From the IMG/VR virus record IMGVR_UViG_3300021400_000042: DNA of 64,000 bases. One strand, 5' to 3'. Below the pieces are notes generated by a model. The model saw nothing but the letters and a program-made list of their open reading frames with translations. It had not been told where the DNA came from and did not search any database. The stretch is from a virus. The translations under genes were made by a program, and so were the position numbers. Below, in pieces: positions 1 to 8,434 of the stretch (the stretch's first letter is position 1; each line of letters opens with the position of its first letter).

Positions 1-2
1 AC

Positions 3-743
3 GTGATAAAGGAAGCGGACATGCAGTATTCCCGCCTTCTCTGGGAGTATGAAGGGTCCGAGCTTGCGATTGACGTAGATCCGACAGCCCTGAGACCGAA
101 ACGGGCAGAGGGCGGCGGCGTGGAAATGCCGAAGCTGAATCAGCGCCTCTTCCGTGCGGTTGACATTGATAAGGGTGACCGCGATCTGTACGATGTGTTT
201 TCTCCGAATATCCGTGATGCGAGTATCCTGAATGGCCTGAATCAGCTCATGATCCGTATTGAGGATCTGTCCGGGCTGTCCCGTGGAACGCTGTCAGATG
301 CCAATGTAGAGGCACGGACAGCAACGGAAATGAAAATCATCAAACAGAGATCCTATACCACGATAGCAGACAACCAGGCAGCCCTGGAACGGTGTCTGAA
401 GGATGTTGTCCGGGTTATGAACAAATACGCCACTGTTTACCATCTGGCTCCGGAGGGTGACTATGATGTGTCTTTTGAGTGGGACGATTCGATTCTGACC
501 GATACGGACGCGGAAATGCAGGAACGGCTTATGATGCTGAATGCCGGCATTATCAGCAAGGCAGAATTCCGTGAATGGTATTTTGGGGAGACGAAGGCAC
601 AGGCCAAAGCCGCTATTGAAAGCATAAGCGACGAAAAGGCCGCAGACATGCAGGCCATGATGCCGCAGCAGACAGACCAGACAGAGAACGGAGGAAATGG
701 CGGCGGTCCGCTTCCCACACCCGCAGGCGGTGATGAAGAGTGA
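3..743 (+). CDS. Portal protein, C-terminal part (ORF runs off the 5' window edge)
   Basis: ORF is open to the window edge and is followed by MuF, scaffold and capsid genes. A portal N-terminus sits at 63755-64000 after the terminase. Confidence 0.7.
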   Translation: MIKEADMQYSRLLWEYEGSELAIDVDPTALRPKRAEGGGVEMPKLNQRLFRAVDIDKGDRDLYDVFSPNIRDASILNGLNQLMIRIEDLSGLSRGTLSDANVEARTATEMKIIKQRSYTTIADNQAALERCLKDVVRVMNKYATVYHLAPEGDYDVSFEWDDSILTDTDAEMQERLMMLNAGIISKAEFREWYFGETKAQAKAAIESISDEKAADMQAMMPQQTDQTENGGNGGGPLPTPAGGDEE

Positions 744-1888
744 CACAGGCAGAACTTGAAAAGAAAGTCGATATAATCATGCAGCGTTTCGATGAGGTAA
801 ACGCTTTTTTTATTGCCAAAGTAGCAGACCAGGTTATGAGAGTGGGGAAGCTCATACCTTCCACCATGAACATAATTTCTGTTATGGCAAGTATGAATGA
901 GGATATCGCGGCGATCAATCAGAAGATTGCGGCAGCACTGAGAATGAGTATCCCGGATCTGTATGACCTGTACAACGATGCCATGCAGAGCCATTACAGG
1001 GATCCGCGTTTTGTACGGGCGCTGCAGGAAACGCCTTTGACGGACAGCGCGAAAGCCAGGATCCGGCATTTTACGGAAGCGGTCAGCAGACAGACGGCCG
1101 GAACCATGATAAACCTGTCAAACACTACAATAGCGTCCAATGTATACCGGCATACCGTCGATAATGCGATCCTTGCAGTCAGCAGCGGATTGACTGATTA
1201 CAGGTCAGCTACACGGCAGAGCATTAGGGACCTGGGACACAATGGCCTGCAGATGCAGTATCCTTCCGGGTATCACAGACGGCTGGATACTGCTGTCCGA
1301 CAGAATATCATAGACGGCGCGAACCAGATTGCACAGCAGGGGTCAATCCTGATGGGGGAAGAGTTGGGCTATGATGCCTATGAGCTTTCCGCGCATGTAC
1401 GATCAGCGCCGGATCATGAACCGATACAGGGCAGAGTGTTCCTGATTGCAGAGTTTGAGAAGCTGCAGAATCAGCAGCCCTTTGAAGACGTTGACGGGAA
1501 CCAGTACGAAGCAATCCGCCGGCCTATCGGTGAGTGGAACTGTATGCATATCGCTATGGCCTTCTCTACGAAGTATTCAAAGCGGCAGTATACAGACGCA
1601 CAGCTCAAAAAGTGGGCAGATGACAATGAGAAGGGCTGCATGATAGGCGGAAAGCACTATACCACCTATGAGGCGGCACAGCTCATGAGACAGATTGAAA
1701 CACAGGTCCGGCGGGAGAAGGATACAGCCAATGCCGCGAGAATTGCCGGTGACGATGTTCTCCGGAGAGAATGCCAGATCCGGATCAATAACCTGGCAAG
1801 GAAGTATCAGGAAGTTGTTCAAGCATCAGGCTTGAAAGCCCGAAAAGAGCGCATGAGCGTGGAGGGCTTCAGGATGGTTAAAGTATAA
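740..1888 (+). CDS. Head morphogenesis / minor capsid protein (MuF, SPP1 gp7-like)
   Basis: GTG start overlaps the portal stop. Canonical position between portal and scaffold. 382 aa, resembles the Phage_Mu_F family by eye. Confidence 0.65.
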   Translation: MTQAELEKKVDIIMQRFDEVNAFFIAKVADQVMRVGKLIPSTMNIISVMASMNEDIAAINQKIAAALRMSIPDLYDLYNDAMQSHYRDPRFVRALQETPLTDSAKARIRHFTEAVSRQTAGTMINLSNTTIASNVYRHTVDNAILAVSSGLTDYRSATRQSIRDLGHNGLQMQYPSGYHRRLDTAVRQNIIDGANQIAQQGSILMGEELGYDAYELSAHVRSAPDHEPIQGRVFLIAEFEKLQNQQPFEDVDGNQYEAIRRPIGEWNCMHIAMAFSTKYSKRQYTDAQLKKWADDNEKGCMIGGKHYTTYEAAQLMRQIETQVRREKDTANAARIAGDDVLRRECQIRINNLARKYQEVVQASGLKARKERMSVEGFRMVKV

Positions 1889-1899
1889 AGGAGGCACAC

Positions 1900-2355
1900 A
1901 TGGAATTCAGAGAAGCATTCAAAGCAATGAGAGCGGGTAAGAAGGTTCGTCTTCCGAGTTGGTCCGGTTACTGGGCGTGGGAGAACGGCACAATTATGAT
2001 GCACTGTCATGACGGGAAGGTGCTGGACATCCGAAACACGGACGATCCTGCATACACCTTTACAAACATCGCGTCTTCCGCCTGGAAGATTGTTGGTGAG
2101 ATGACCGATCTGAAAGATACGGCAGCGGCCATGGTATCTGCTGACTACAAAGAGCGGTTCAAAGCAGAGTATTACCAGACCGTCATCCGGTTCAAAAAGC
2201 TGATGGTAATGCTGAAAAAGTGGGATGCTGGAAAACTGGACTTCACACCGACCTGCTGCAGAGGTATCTATAATCTTCAGATCCGTGCTATGGCTGACTA
2301 TATTGCAGCCCTGGAAGCACGCGCACAGATCGAAGGCATTAAGTTGGAGGGATGA
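1900..2355 (+). CDS. DUF2829 (Tad2-like) domain protein with a helical C-terminal extension
   Basis: N-terminus MEFREAFKAMRAGKKVRLPSWSGYWAWENG...SSAWKIV matches the DUF2829 pattern (F.eA..A.k.GKKV...W...W.iv). GGAGG RBS upstream. Confidence 0.6.
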   Translation: MEFREAFKAMRAGKKVRLPSWSGYWAWENGTIMMHCHDGKVLDIRNTDDPAYTFTNIASSAWKIVGEMTDLKDTAAAMVSADYKERFKAEYYQTVIRFKKLMVMLKKWDAGKLDFTPTCCRGIYNLQIRAMADYIAALEARAQIEGIKLEG

Positions 2356-2358
2356 GAG

Positions 2359-2607
2359 ATGCAGGAAAAAGCAAGACAGATTGTGATGGAATATTTCAAC
2401 AGTCATGCTGATGTGACCGACGGCGTACAGATCAGCATGGAGGACGTGTATGTTGTCTGGTTCAGTAAGACGCTGCAGAACTGGAAAGCTCTGGTAAGCA
2501 CTAAGGTTCCGGATAACAAATATTATGAGCTTACCTACAACGGGGACAAGGGCGAAACCTATGTTGACGTTTACGTGAAACTGGACAACCAGGTTGTGAA
2601 GGATTGA
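2359..2607 (+). CDS. Hypothetical protein (82 aa)
   Basis: ORF starts 4 nt after the upstream stop, with a GGAGGG RBS. Confidence 0.5.
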   Translation: MQEKARQIVMEYFNSHADVTDGVQISMEDVYVVWFSKTLQNWKALVSTKVPDNKYYELTYNGDKGETYVDVYVKLDNQVVKD

Positions 2608-2620
2608 GGAGGGCAGGAAC

Positions 2621-3097
2621 ATGAGAAAGTTCATAAATCTCAGCGCTCCGTGGGTCCTTTTTTACAGAGAGATAGAAGCCCTGTTTAAAGAGGATCCGGC
2701 TGTCAGGGTTGAATATGATGAGGCCAATCAGACGATCAGGCTGTATGTGGAAGGCGAAGAAAAAGCGGACGCGCTGGCGCAGTTGCTTCCGACAGTGAGG
2801 ACATTCGGAGATGTCGTGGTAAAGGTGGCGGTCATTCCGGCCAACTTAAAGGGTCCTTCCAAGCTGCAGTTGTTTCAGAAAGCATTTGAGGGCAATCCTG
2901 CACTTGCATTTATTCAGGGCGGCAGCAGTGGTGTTTTTGATCTCAACTATGTGGTGTTTAAGAGTAAAGTTGTTCAGTTCAAGAGTGATGATATCGGGGA
3001 TGTGAACGGCCTGACATCTACTCTGTATCAGAACATCGCAAAGGATCTTTTTGAGGATGTCCGCGGAATATTCTTCTGCACGGAAATTGCAGAATGA
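2621..3097 (+). CDS. Hypothetical protein (158 aa)
   Basis: ORF with a GAGGAGGG RBS. No recognisable motif. Confidence 0.5.
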   Translation: MRKFINLSAPWVLFYREIEALFKEDPAVRVEYDEANQTIRLYVEGEEKADALAQLLPTVRTFGDVVVKVAVIPANLKGPSKLQLFQKAFEGNPALAFIQGGSSGVFDLNYVVFKSKVVQFKSDDIGDVNGLTSTLYQNIAKDLFEDVRGIFFCTEIAE

Positions 3098-3186
3098 AGC
3101 AGCAAATCTGCACATTATGTGCCGGTTTTTGTAAAAATTCCGCAAAAATCGGGGTTAAAACTCTGAAAAACATAATTTTGTTGATA

Positions 3187-3211
3187 AGCCTCTGAGAAAT
3201 CAGGGGCTTTT
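3187..3211 (+). terminator. Rho-independent terminator-like hairpin
   Basis: AGCCTCTGA-GAAA-TCAGGGGCT followed by TTTT. Confidence 0.5.
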
Positions 3212-3323
3212 CATATATCTACTACCCGGCGTTGCAGGGATATAAATGCGACGGTTCAGCCATACCGCTGAGTGGCAGCGGAAATACAAATTAAATCAAG
3301 CATGAACGACAGGAGGAACAGAC

Positions 3324-3995
3324 ATGGAATTTTTGAAAGCACTTTTCGGAGATGAAGCATTGACCTATGACCAGCTTGCGGCAAAGGTGGCAGAGGGCAA
3401 ACTGAATGTTGTCAATATTGCGGACGGGTCCTACGTGAGCCGGAACAAGTTTGATGACACAGTGAACGGCCTGAAATCTCAGGTAACTGACCTTCAGGGG
3501 CAGATAGCGCAGAGAGACACCGATCTTGCCGGCCTGAATGAACAGCTCACAGCTGCACAGGCGGACGCTGGACAGCTTGCAGAAGCTCAGAAACAGCTTT
3601 CCGCGCTGCAGTCCAAGTATGACAAGGACAGTAAGGCGTGGGAGGCAAAGAACGCACAGCAGGCCTATGAATATGCTGTCAGAAGCAAGGCCGGTGAACT
3701 GAAGTTCACGAGCGCGGCAGCAAAGAAAGACTTTATCAGGGAGGCCATTGCACAGGGATTCAAGATGGATGGCGATACGCTGATGGGCTACACAGACTTT
3801 GTGGCGAAGTACCAGGAGAATGATCCGGGTGCATTCGTGAAAGAAACGCCTGCAGCAGATCCGAAACCGGCGGATCCGACTCCTACGATTGTGCTTCCGG
3901 GAAAGTCCAATCCTAACCCTCATAAGATGTCTCTGGCGGAAGCTATGAAGGCAAAAAATGAAAACCCGAACATGGAAATCAATTTTGAAAGCTGA
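3324..3995 (+). CDS. Capsid scaffolding protein
   Basis: 223-aa coiled-coil, Ala/Gln/Lys-rich ORF directly upstream of the capsid gene. The N-terminus MEFLKALFGDEALTYDQL is typical of Firmicute phage scaffold proteins. Confidence 0.7.
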   Translation: MEFLKALFGDEALTYDQLAAKVAEGKLNVVNIADGSYVSRNKFDDTVNGLKSQVTDLQGQIAQRDTDLAGLNEQLTAAQADAGQLAEAQKQLSALQSKYDKDSKAWEAKNAQQAYEYAVRSKAGELKFTSAAAKKDFIREAIAQGFKMDGDTLMGYTDFVAKYQENDPGAFVKETPAADPKPADPTPTIVLPGKSNPNPHKMSLAEAMKAKNENPNMEINFES

Positions 3996-4026
3996 TTTCC
4001 GCTGATTACCAGAAAGGAGAATAGAA

Positions 4027-5097
4027 ATGCCTGGTATTTTTGATAACAAACTTTTCAATGCAGAGGTATTCCAGAAGTACGTTGATCGTATCCCGAACCT
4101 CAACAGAAACGAGCTGATTCGCTCTCGTGCGGTACGTCCGAGACCGGATCTTGCTGCAGCTATGGCCGATCAGGTGGGCGGCAACTATCTGACCACTCCG
4201 CTGTATGGCCTCATCAATGGCGCTGAAGTCCAGAACTATGACGGTAACACTGACATCGATTCCAATGAGACTGTGACCTTCAGTCACTCCCGTGTCGTTG
4301 TCGGCCGTGCGCAGTCCTGGGTTGAGCGTGATTTCAGTTACGATATCACCGGAGGCGTTGACTTCCTGGAGAACGTGGCACAGCAGATCGCTGAATACTG
4401 GGAGGAAGTCGATCAGGCTACGATCGTTCACATCCTGAACGGTGTGTTTGCTATGACCGATACCGAAGGTAAGAAGTTCGTCGATGGCCATACCCTGGAC
4501 ATCACTGCGAAGGAGAACAGTGAGGGTGTTACCGGTGTAATGGACGGAACTACTCTGAATATCGCTATGCAGCAGGCCTGCGGTGATAACAAGGGTAAGT
4601 TCTCCCTGGCTATCATGCATTCCTTTGTCGCGACGAACCTTGAAAACCTGAGACTTCTGGCCTATCTGAAGTACACGGACGCTTCCGGTATGCAGCGTGA
4701 CCTTGCTATCGGTACGCTGAACGGCAGAACCGTCCTCGTGGACGATAACATGCCGGTCAAGACTACCGGAACCGGTGCGGAAGCAAAGACCACCTATACC
4801 ACCTATGTTCTGGGTGACGGCGCTATCGAGTACACCGATTGCGGCGCAAAGGTCCCGTATGAGACTGACCGTGATCCGGCCAAGAACGGCGGCCAGGATA
4901 CCCTGTATTCCCGTCAGAGAAAGTGCTTTGCTCCGTATGGTATTTCCTTCACGAAGAAGAGCATGACTTCTCTGTCCCCGACTGATGCGGAACTGGAAAA
5001 GGGTCAGAACTGGGAGCTGGTAAACAGCACCGGAGACACCAAACAGTATATCGCTCACAAGGCTATCCCGATTGCACGTATCATTTCCCTGGGCTGA
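4027..5097 (+). CDS. Major capsid protein
   Basis: 356-aa ORF after the scaffold gene with a strong RBS (AAAGGAGA). Canonical position and size. Confidence 0.8.
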   Translation: MPGIFDNKLFNAEVFQKYVDRIPNLNRNELIRSRAVRPRPDLAAAMADQVGGNYLTTPLYGLINGAEVQNYDGNTDIDSNETVTFSHSRVVVGRAQSWVERDFSYDITGGVDFLENVAQQIAEYWEEVDQATIVHILNGVFAMTDTEGKKFVDGHTLDITAKENSEGVTGVMDGTTLNIAMQQACGDNKGKFSLAIMHSFVATNLENLRLLAYLKYTDASGMQRDLAIGTLNGRTVLVDDNMPVKTTGTGAEAKTTYTTYVLGDGAIEYTDCGAKVPYETDRDPAKNGGQDTLYSRQRKCFAPYGISFTKKSMTSLSPTDAELEKGQNWELVNSTGDTKQYIAHKAIPIARIISLG

Positions 5098-5136
5098 TTG
5101 TCCAGGGATTTCTGCTGAAGACGGGAGGTGCTACAC

Positions 5137-5520
5137 ATGATGTACCTGACATACGAAGAGTACAAAGGATACGGCGGGGATCTCCCGGAAACGGATTTCA
5201 TTCTGTTTGAGCATAGGGCAAGAAAGCGGATTGACTACTGGACAGACTGCCGTGTTCAGAACATGGCAGCAGTGCCGGAAGCAGTCAAGCTGTGCATGAT
5301 GCAGATTATTAAGCTGGACGGAAAATTCGGTGTGGACGCGCAAACGGATAATCCGGTTGTCGCGTCCTTCAATACTGACGGATATTCGGAAAGCTACGGA
5401 AGTGCATCTGACCAGGCGGCGGCTGCAGAGGCGAGTCTGTATAAAACCGTGAGAAGCCTGTTATACGGCGAAAAGGATGACTACGGTACACCGTTACTTT
5501 ACCGGGGGGTGTACGGATGA
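5137..5520 (+). CDS. Head-tail connector (gp6-like)
   Basis: ATG at 5137 is preferred because the GTG at 5128 overlaps the GGGAGG RBS. Position after the capsid gene. Confidence 0.55.
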   Translation: MMYLTYEEYKGYGGDLPETDFILFEHRARKRIDYWTDCRVQNMAAVPEAVKLCMMQIIKLDGKFGVDAQTDNPVVASFNTDGYSESYGSASDQAAAAEASLYKTVRSLLYGEKDDYGTPLLYRGVYG

Positions 5521-5924
5521 AAGAATGTAATGAGACGATAACTGTTTTTAACACACGCCTGGATGATGACAAGGGGTATGACCTGTACGTCCCTACAATC
5601 ATCCGGGGCGTTTCGTGGTTCTGTGAAATTGCATCGAATGTAGATTCTTCAGGATTGAAAGCAGCCAATAAATTCATAATCCGTATCCCTGTTGACGCGG
5701 ATTTCTCTGATAAGGCATATGTCCCGCCTGCGGCATATGCGGGAGGTGATCCTAATACCGTTTTTACCCTGAAACAAGGTGATGTCATAGTGCATGGAGA
5801 GGAAACGGAACCTATGCAGCCTGCACAGCTGCAGGAAAAGTATGGGGAACTGGTAACGATCCTGGGCGTGACGGACAGCAGCAGGCGGCCGCACGCGAAG
5901 CACTGGAAGGTGGTGGGGGCATGA
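5517..5924 (+). CDS. Head closure / head-tail adaptor candidate
   Basis: ATGA overlap with the upstream gene. Position only. Confidence 0.45.
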   Translation: MKECNETITVFNTRLDDDKGYDLYVPTIIRGVSWFCEIASNVDSSGLKAANKFIIRIPVDADFSDKAYVPPAAYAGGDPNTVFTLKQGDVIVHGEETEPMQPAQLQEKYGELVTILGVTDSSRRPHAKHWKVVGA

Positions 5925-6379
5925 TCGAATTCAAAGCGAGAAAGGAATTCATGGATCTGGATACAGAAAAGCTGCTTGCGCGGTTTAATCTGGAATCCGG
6001 CGGAATGGTCCAGAAGGCCATAGACGCGGCGGTCATCCGCTACGATATGCAGTATGTTCCATGGGATACCGGAACGCTTGCGAGAAGCCCTTACTCAGTT
6101 ACAGCCATAGGCAGCGGTGAAGTGGTGTATCCCGGACCGTATGCCCACTATATGTATTATGGTGAGGTCTATGGTCCGAATATTCCGGTTTTTGAGGATG
6201 ACAGCGGAGAGCCTACAAGATGGTTTTCGCCACCCGGGAGAGAGAAGCATCCGACGGGAAGACCGCTGGAATACAGTCAGGAACCGAACCCACTTGCCGG
6301 ATCCTATTGGTTTGAGCGCATGAAGGCAGACCACCTTCAGGACATCATAGAAGAGGCACGAAGAGCAGTAGGGAGGTAA
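5921..6379 (+). CDS. Neck / minor capsid protein (HK97 gp10-like)
   Basis: ATGA overlap with the upstream gene. 152 aa, in the head-tail joining block. Confidence 0.5.
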   Translation: MIEFKARKEFMDLDTEKLLARFNLESGGMVQKAIDAAVIRYDMQYVPWDTGTLARSPYSVTAIGSGEVVYPGPYAHYMYYGEVYGPNIPVFEDDSGEPTRWFSPPGREKHPTGRPLEYSQEPNPLAGSYWFERMKADHLQDIIEEARRAVGR

Positions 6380-6384
6380 TCGGA

Positions 6385-6822
6385 ATGCCGGACATAAATA
6401 ACACAGAGGCATTGAGAGACTGGTTCCGTACCTGTCCCGTGATACAGAAAGGGAATCGGTTCCGTGTGGATTATGTGGCGGAGAATCCGACAGAATACGC
6501 GATTTATGCGGTTCCTTCTACTCTGCGGTATCACGAAAACATTCTGGGTGAGGAAGTCCTGGACGATATCCAAACACAGAATTTCATTTTTGCATCCAAA
6601 GAGCATTACGGCGCTGACATTCAGCAGAACCTTGCGAACCTGGGATTTCATCAGGCCGTTGTTGAATGGATCTTAGAGCAGAATACAGCAAGGAATTTCC
6701 CGGAATGGTCCGGCGGATACGTCAAATCCATCGTACCTACACTGACCGGATATCCGGTACAGGTCGGGAGCAGCGCAGCAAAGTATCAGATACAGTTAAA
6801 AATCACATACAGGAGAGTGTAA
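6385..6822 (+). CDS. Tail completion / neck protein candidate
   Basis: Position immediately upstream of the major tail gene. Confidence 0.45.
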   Translation: MPDINNTEALRDWFRTCPVIQKGNRFRVDYVAENPTEYAIYAVPSTLRYHENILGEEVLDDIQTQNFIFASKEHYGADIQQNLANLGFHQAVVEWILEQNTARNFPEWSGGYVKSIVPTLTGYPVQVGSSAAKYQIQLKITYRRV

Positions 6823-6824
6823 TC

Positions 6825-7304
6825 ATGGCAGGAAAAATTGAAAGAAAATACCTTGCACATTTTATTGATGCCTCCTTCAATGGTACTCCCGTGAACTATA
6901 TCCGTCTGGGTAAAGATCTGGAAGAGTACAACGAGGAGCTGAATCCGGATGTCGAGGTAAGCCAGAACATTCTTGGTGAACAGAATGTTCAGCACAATGG
7001 CTATGAAGTTCAGAGTGAGGTTGATCCTTTCTATGCGTATGAAGGTGATCCGATGTTTACGCGCCTTTGCAAGATTGCAAATGAGCGCCTGACCGGTGAT
7101 GCCTGCATGACCACGAAGGTTGACGTGCTGCTGAAGGCAGACGGGACCGTCGAGTGGGCGTATTGTGAGGACTGCTACGTCGTGCCTAATACGGTCGGCG
7201 GCGATACTTCCGGTGTCCAGGTTCCGTTTACGGTTTACAATGCCGGCAACCGGAAGAAGGGTACTTTCAACATGAGTACGAAGAAGTTTACCGCTACCAC
7301 CTGA
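6825..7304 (+). CDS. Major tail protein
   Basis: ATG at 6825 follows an AGGAGA RBS and the stop of the preceding gene (6820-6822). The longer 6666 start overlaps the upstream gene. No sheath gene is present, consistent with a siphovirus tail. Confidence 0.65.
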   Translation: MAGKIERKYLAHFIDASFNGTPVNYIRLGKDLEEYNEELNPDVEVSQNILGEQNVQHNGYEVQSEVDPFYAYEGDPMFTRLCKIANERLTGDACMTTKVDVLLKADGTVEWAYCEDCYVVPNTVGGDTSGVQVPFTVYNAGNRKKGTFNMSTKKFTATT

Positions 7305-7328
7305 TAGCGGACGGCAGAAACAGATAAC

Positions 7329-7359
7329 AGGGAGTTTGGTATAGACCAGGCTCCCTTTT
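7329..7359 (+). terminator. Hairpin plus T-run after the major tail gene (attenuator-like)
   Basis: AGGGAG...CTCCCT stem followed by TTTT. Confidence 0.35.
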
Positions 7360-7378
7360 CTTATGAATGGAGGCAAAC

Positions 7379-7861
7379 ATGGCAGAAGAAAAGAAACAGG
7401 CAGCATTAAAGATTGTCATTGATGACGGCAGTCAGCGGATCCCGATTGAAAACATGAACGGGGATGAAATCGGTGTGTTCTATTTCCATCCTACGGATGT
7501 GGGTATCATCGAGCGCTACAACGAAACAATGTCCAAATTTGACGAGATCGTGGCTCCCCTGGAAGAGATCGATATCAACGCGGACGGTACGGCAGATGCA
7601 AATGACGAGGCGGCCGCCAAAGCCCTGAAAGAAGCAGAAAAGCGGCTTTATGAGGCCTGTGATTATATATTCGGCGGAAACATGTCCGAAGCATTTTTCG
7701 GGAAAATGCACCCGTTTTCCCCGGTGGGCGGACTCTTCTACTGTGAGAGTGCGCTGAATAAGGTTGGAGCCTTTATTTCAGAGCAGTTTGAACAGGAGAC
7801 TACGAAGATCAACAGCCGCCTGAAACAGTATGTAGGAAAGTACGGTAAGGGCAAAAAATGA
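7379..7861 (+). CDS. Tail assembly chaperone
   Basis: Position between the major tail and tape measure genes. Acidic 160-aa protein. Confidence 0.55.
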   Translation: MAEEKKQAALKIVIDDGSQRIPIENMNGDEIGVFYFHPTDVGIIERYNETMSKFDEIVAPLEEIDINADGTADANDEAAAKALKEAEKRLYEACDYIFGGNMSEAFFGKMHPFSPVGGLFYCESALNKVGAFISEQFEQETTKINSRLKQYVGKYGKGKK

Positions 7862-8418
7862 TCGGTGTACTTCCGACAAGCCTTGAAGTAAGCGGAAAAG
7901 AGTATGCAATACGGAGTGATTTCCGGGACATCCTCACAATCATAACAGCTTTCAATGATCCGGATTTAGAGGACAAAGAAAAGATGTTTGCATGTCTGTA
8001 CATTCTCTATGAGGATTTTGAGGATATGCGGAATGAGGAATACGAAGAGGCCTATATGCAGGCCATCCGCTTTATTGACTGCGGTGACGAACCCAAAGAC
8101 GGGAAGCATCCGCGTCTGATGGACTGGGAACAGGATGAACGGATCCTGTTTCCGGCCATCAACAGTGTGGCAGGATATGAAACACGGTCCAGCAAATACG
8201 TTCACTGGTGGACGTTCGTTGGGTATTTTATGGAGATCCATGAAGGCGTGTTTTCACAGGTGCTATCTCTGCGACAGAAAAAGTCAAAGGGCAAAAAGTT
8301 GGAAAAATGGGAGCAGGAATTCTGGCGTTCAAACAGAGAACTATGCGTCCTGCAGCACAAACTATCCAAAGAAGAGAAGGAAGAAAGAGACCGGCTGAAT
8401 GCCCTGTTAAATGGCTAA
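7858..8418 (+). CDS. Gp15-family tail assembly protein
   Basis: Lies in the -1 frame relative to the upstream chaperone, overlapping it at GGC AAA AAA TGA. The N-terminus MIGVLPTSLEVSGKEYAIRSDFRDIL resembles the bacteriophage Gp15 family. Confidence 0.6.
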   Translation: MIGVLPTSLEVSGKEYAIRSDFRDILTIITAFNDPDLEDKEKMFACLYILYEDFEDMRNEEYEEAYMQAIRFIDCGDEPKDGKHPRLMDWEQDERILFPAINSVAGYETRSSKYVHWWTFVGYFMEIHEGVFSQVLSLRQKKSKGKKLEKWEQEFWRSNRELCVLQHKLSKEEKEERDRLNALLNG

Positions 8419-8434
8419 TGGGAGGTGAGAAAGC

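Noticed and set aside
4006-5058. 350-aa ORF on the minus strand
   Set aside because: It is antisense to the major capsid gene. Other minus-strand ORFs inside + strand genes (for example 43774-44739, 42030-42770, 49174-49989) are rejected for the same reason.
6666-6824. Upstream start for the major tail ORF (6666)
   Set aside because: It overlaps the preceding gene by 157 nt. The ATG at 6825 has an AGGAGA RBS and abuts the upstream stop.
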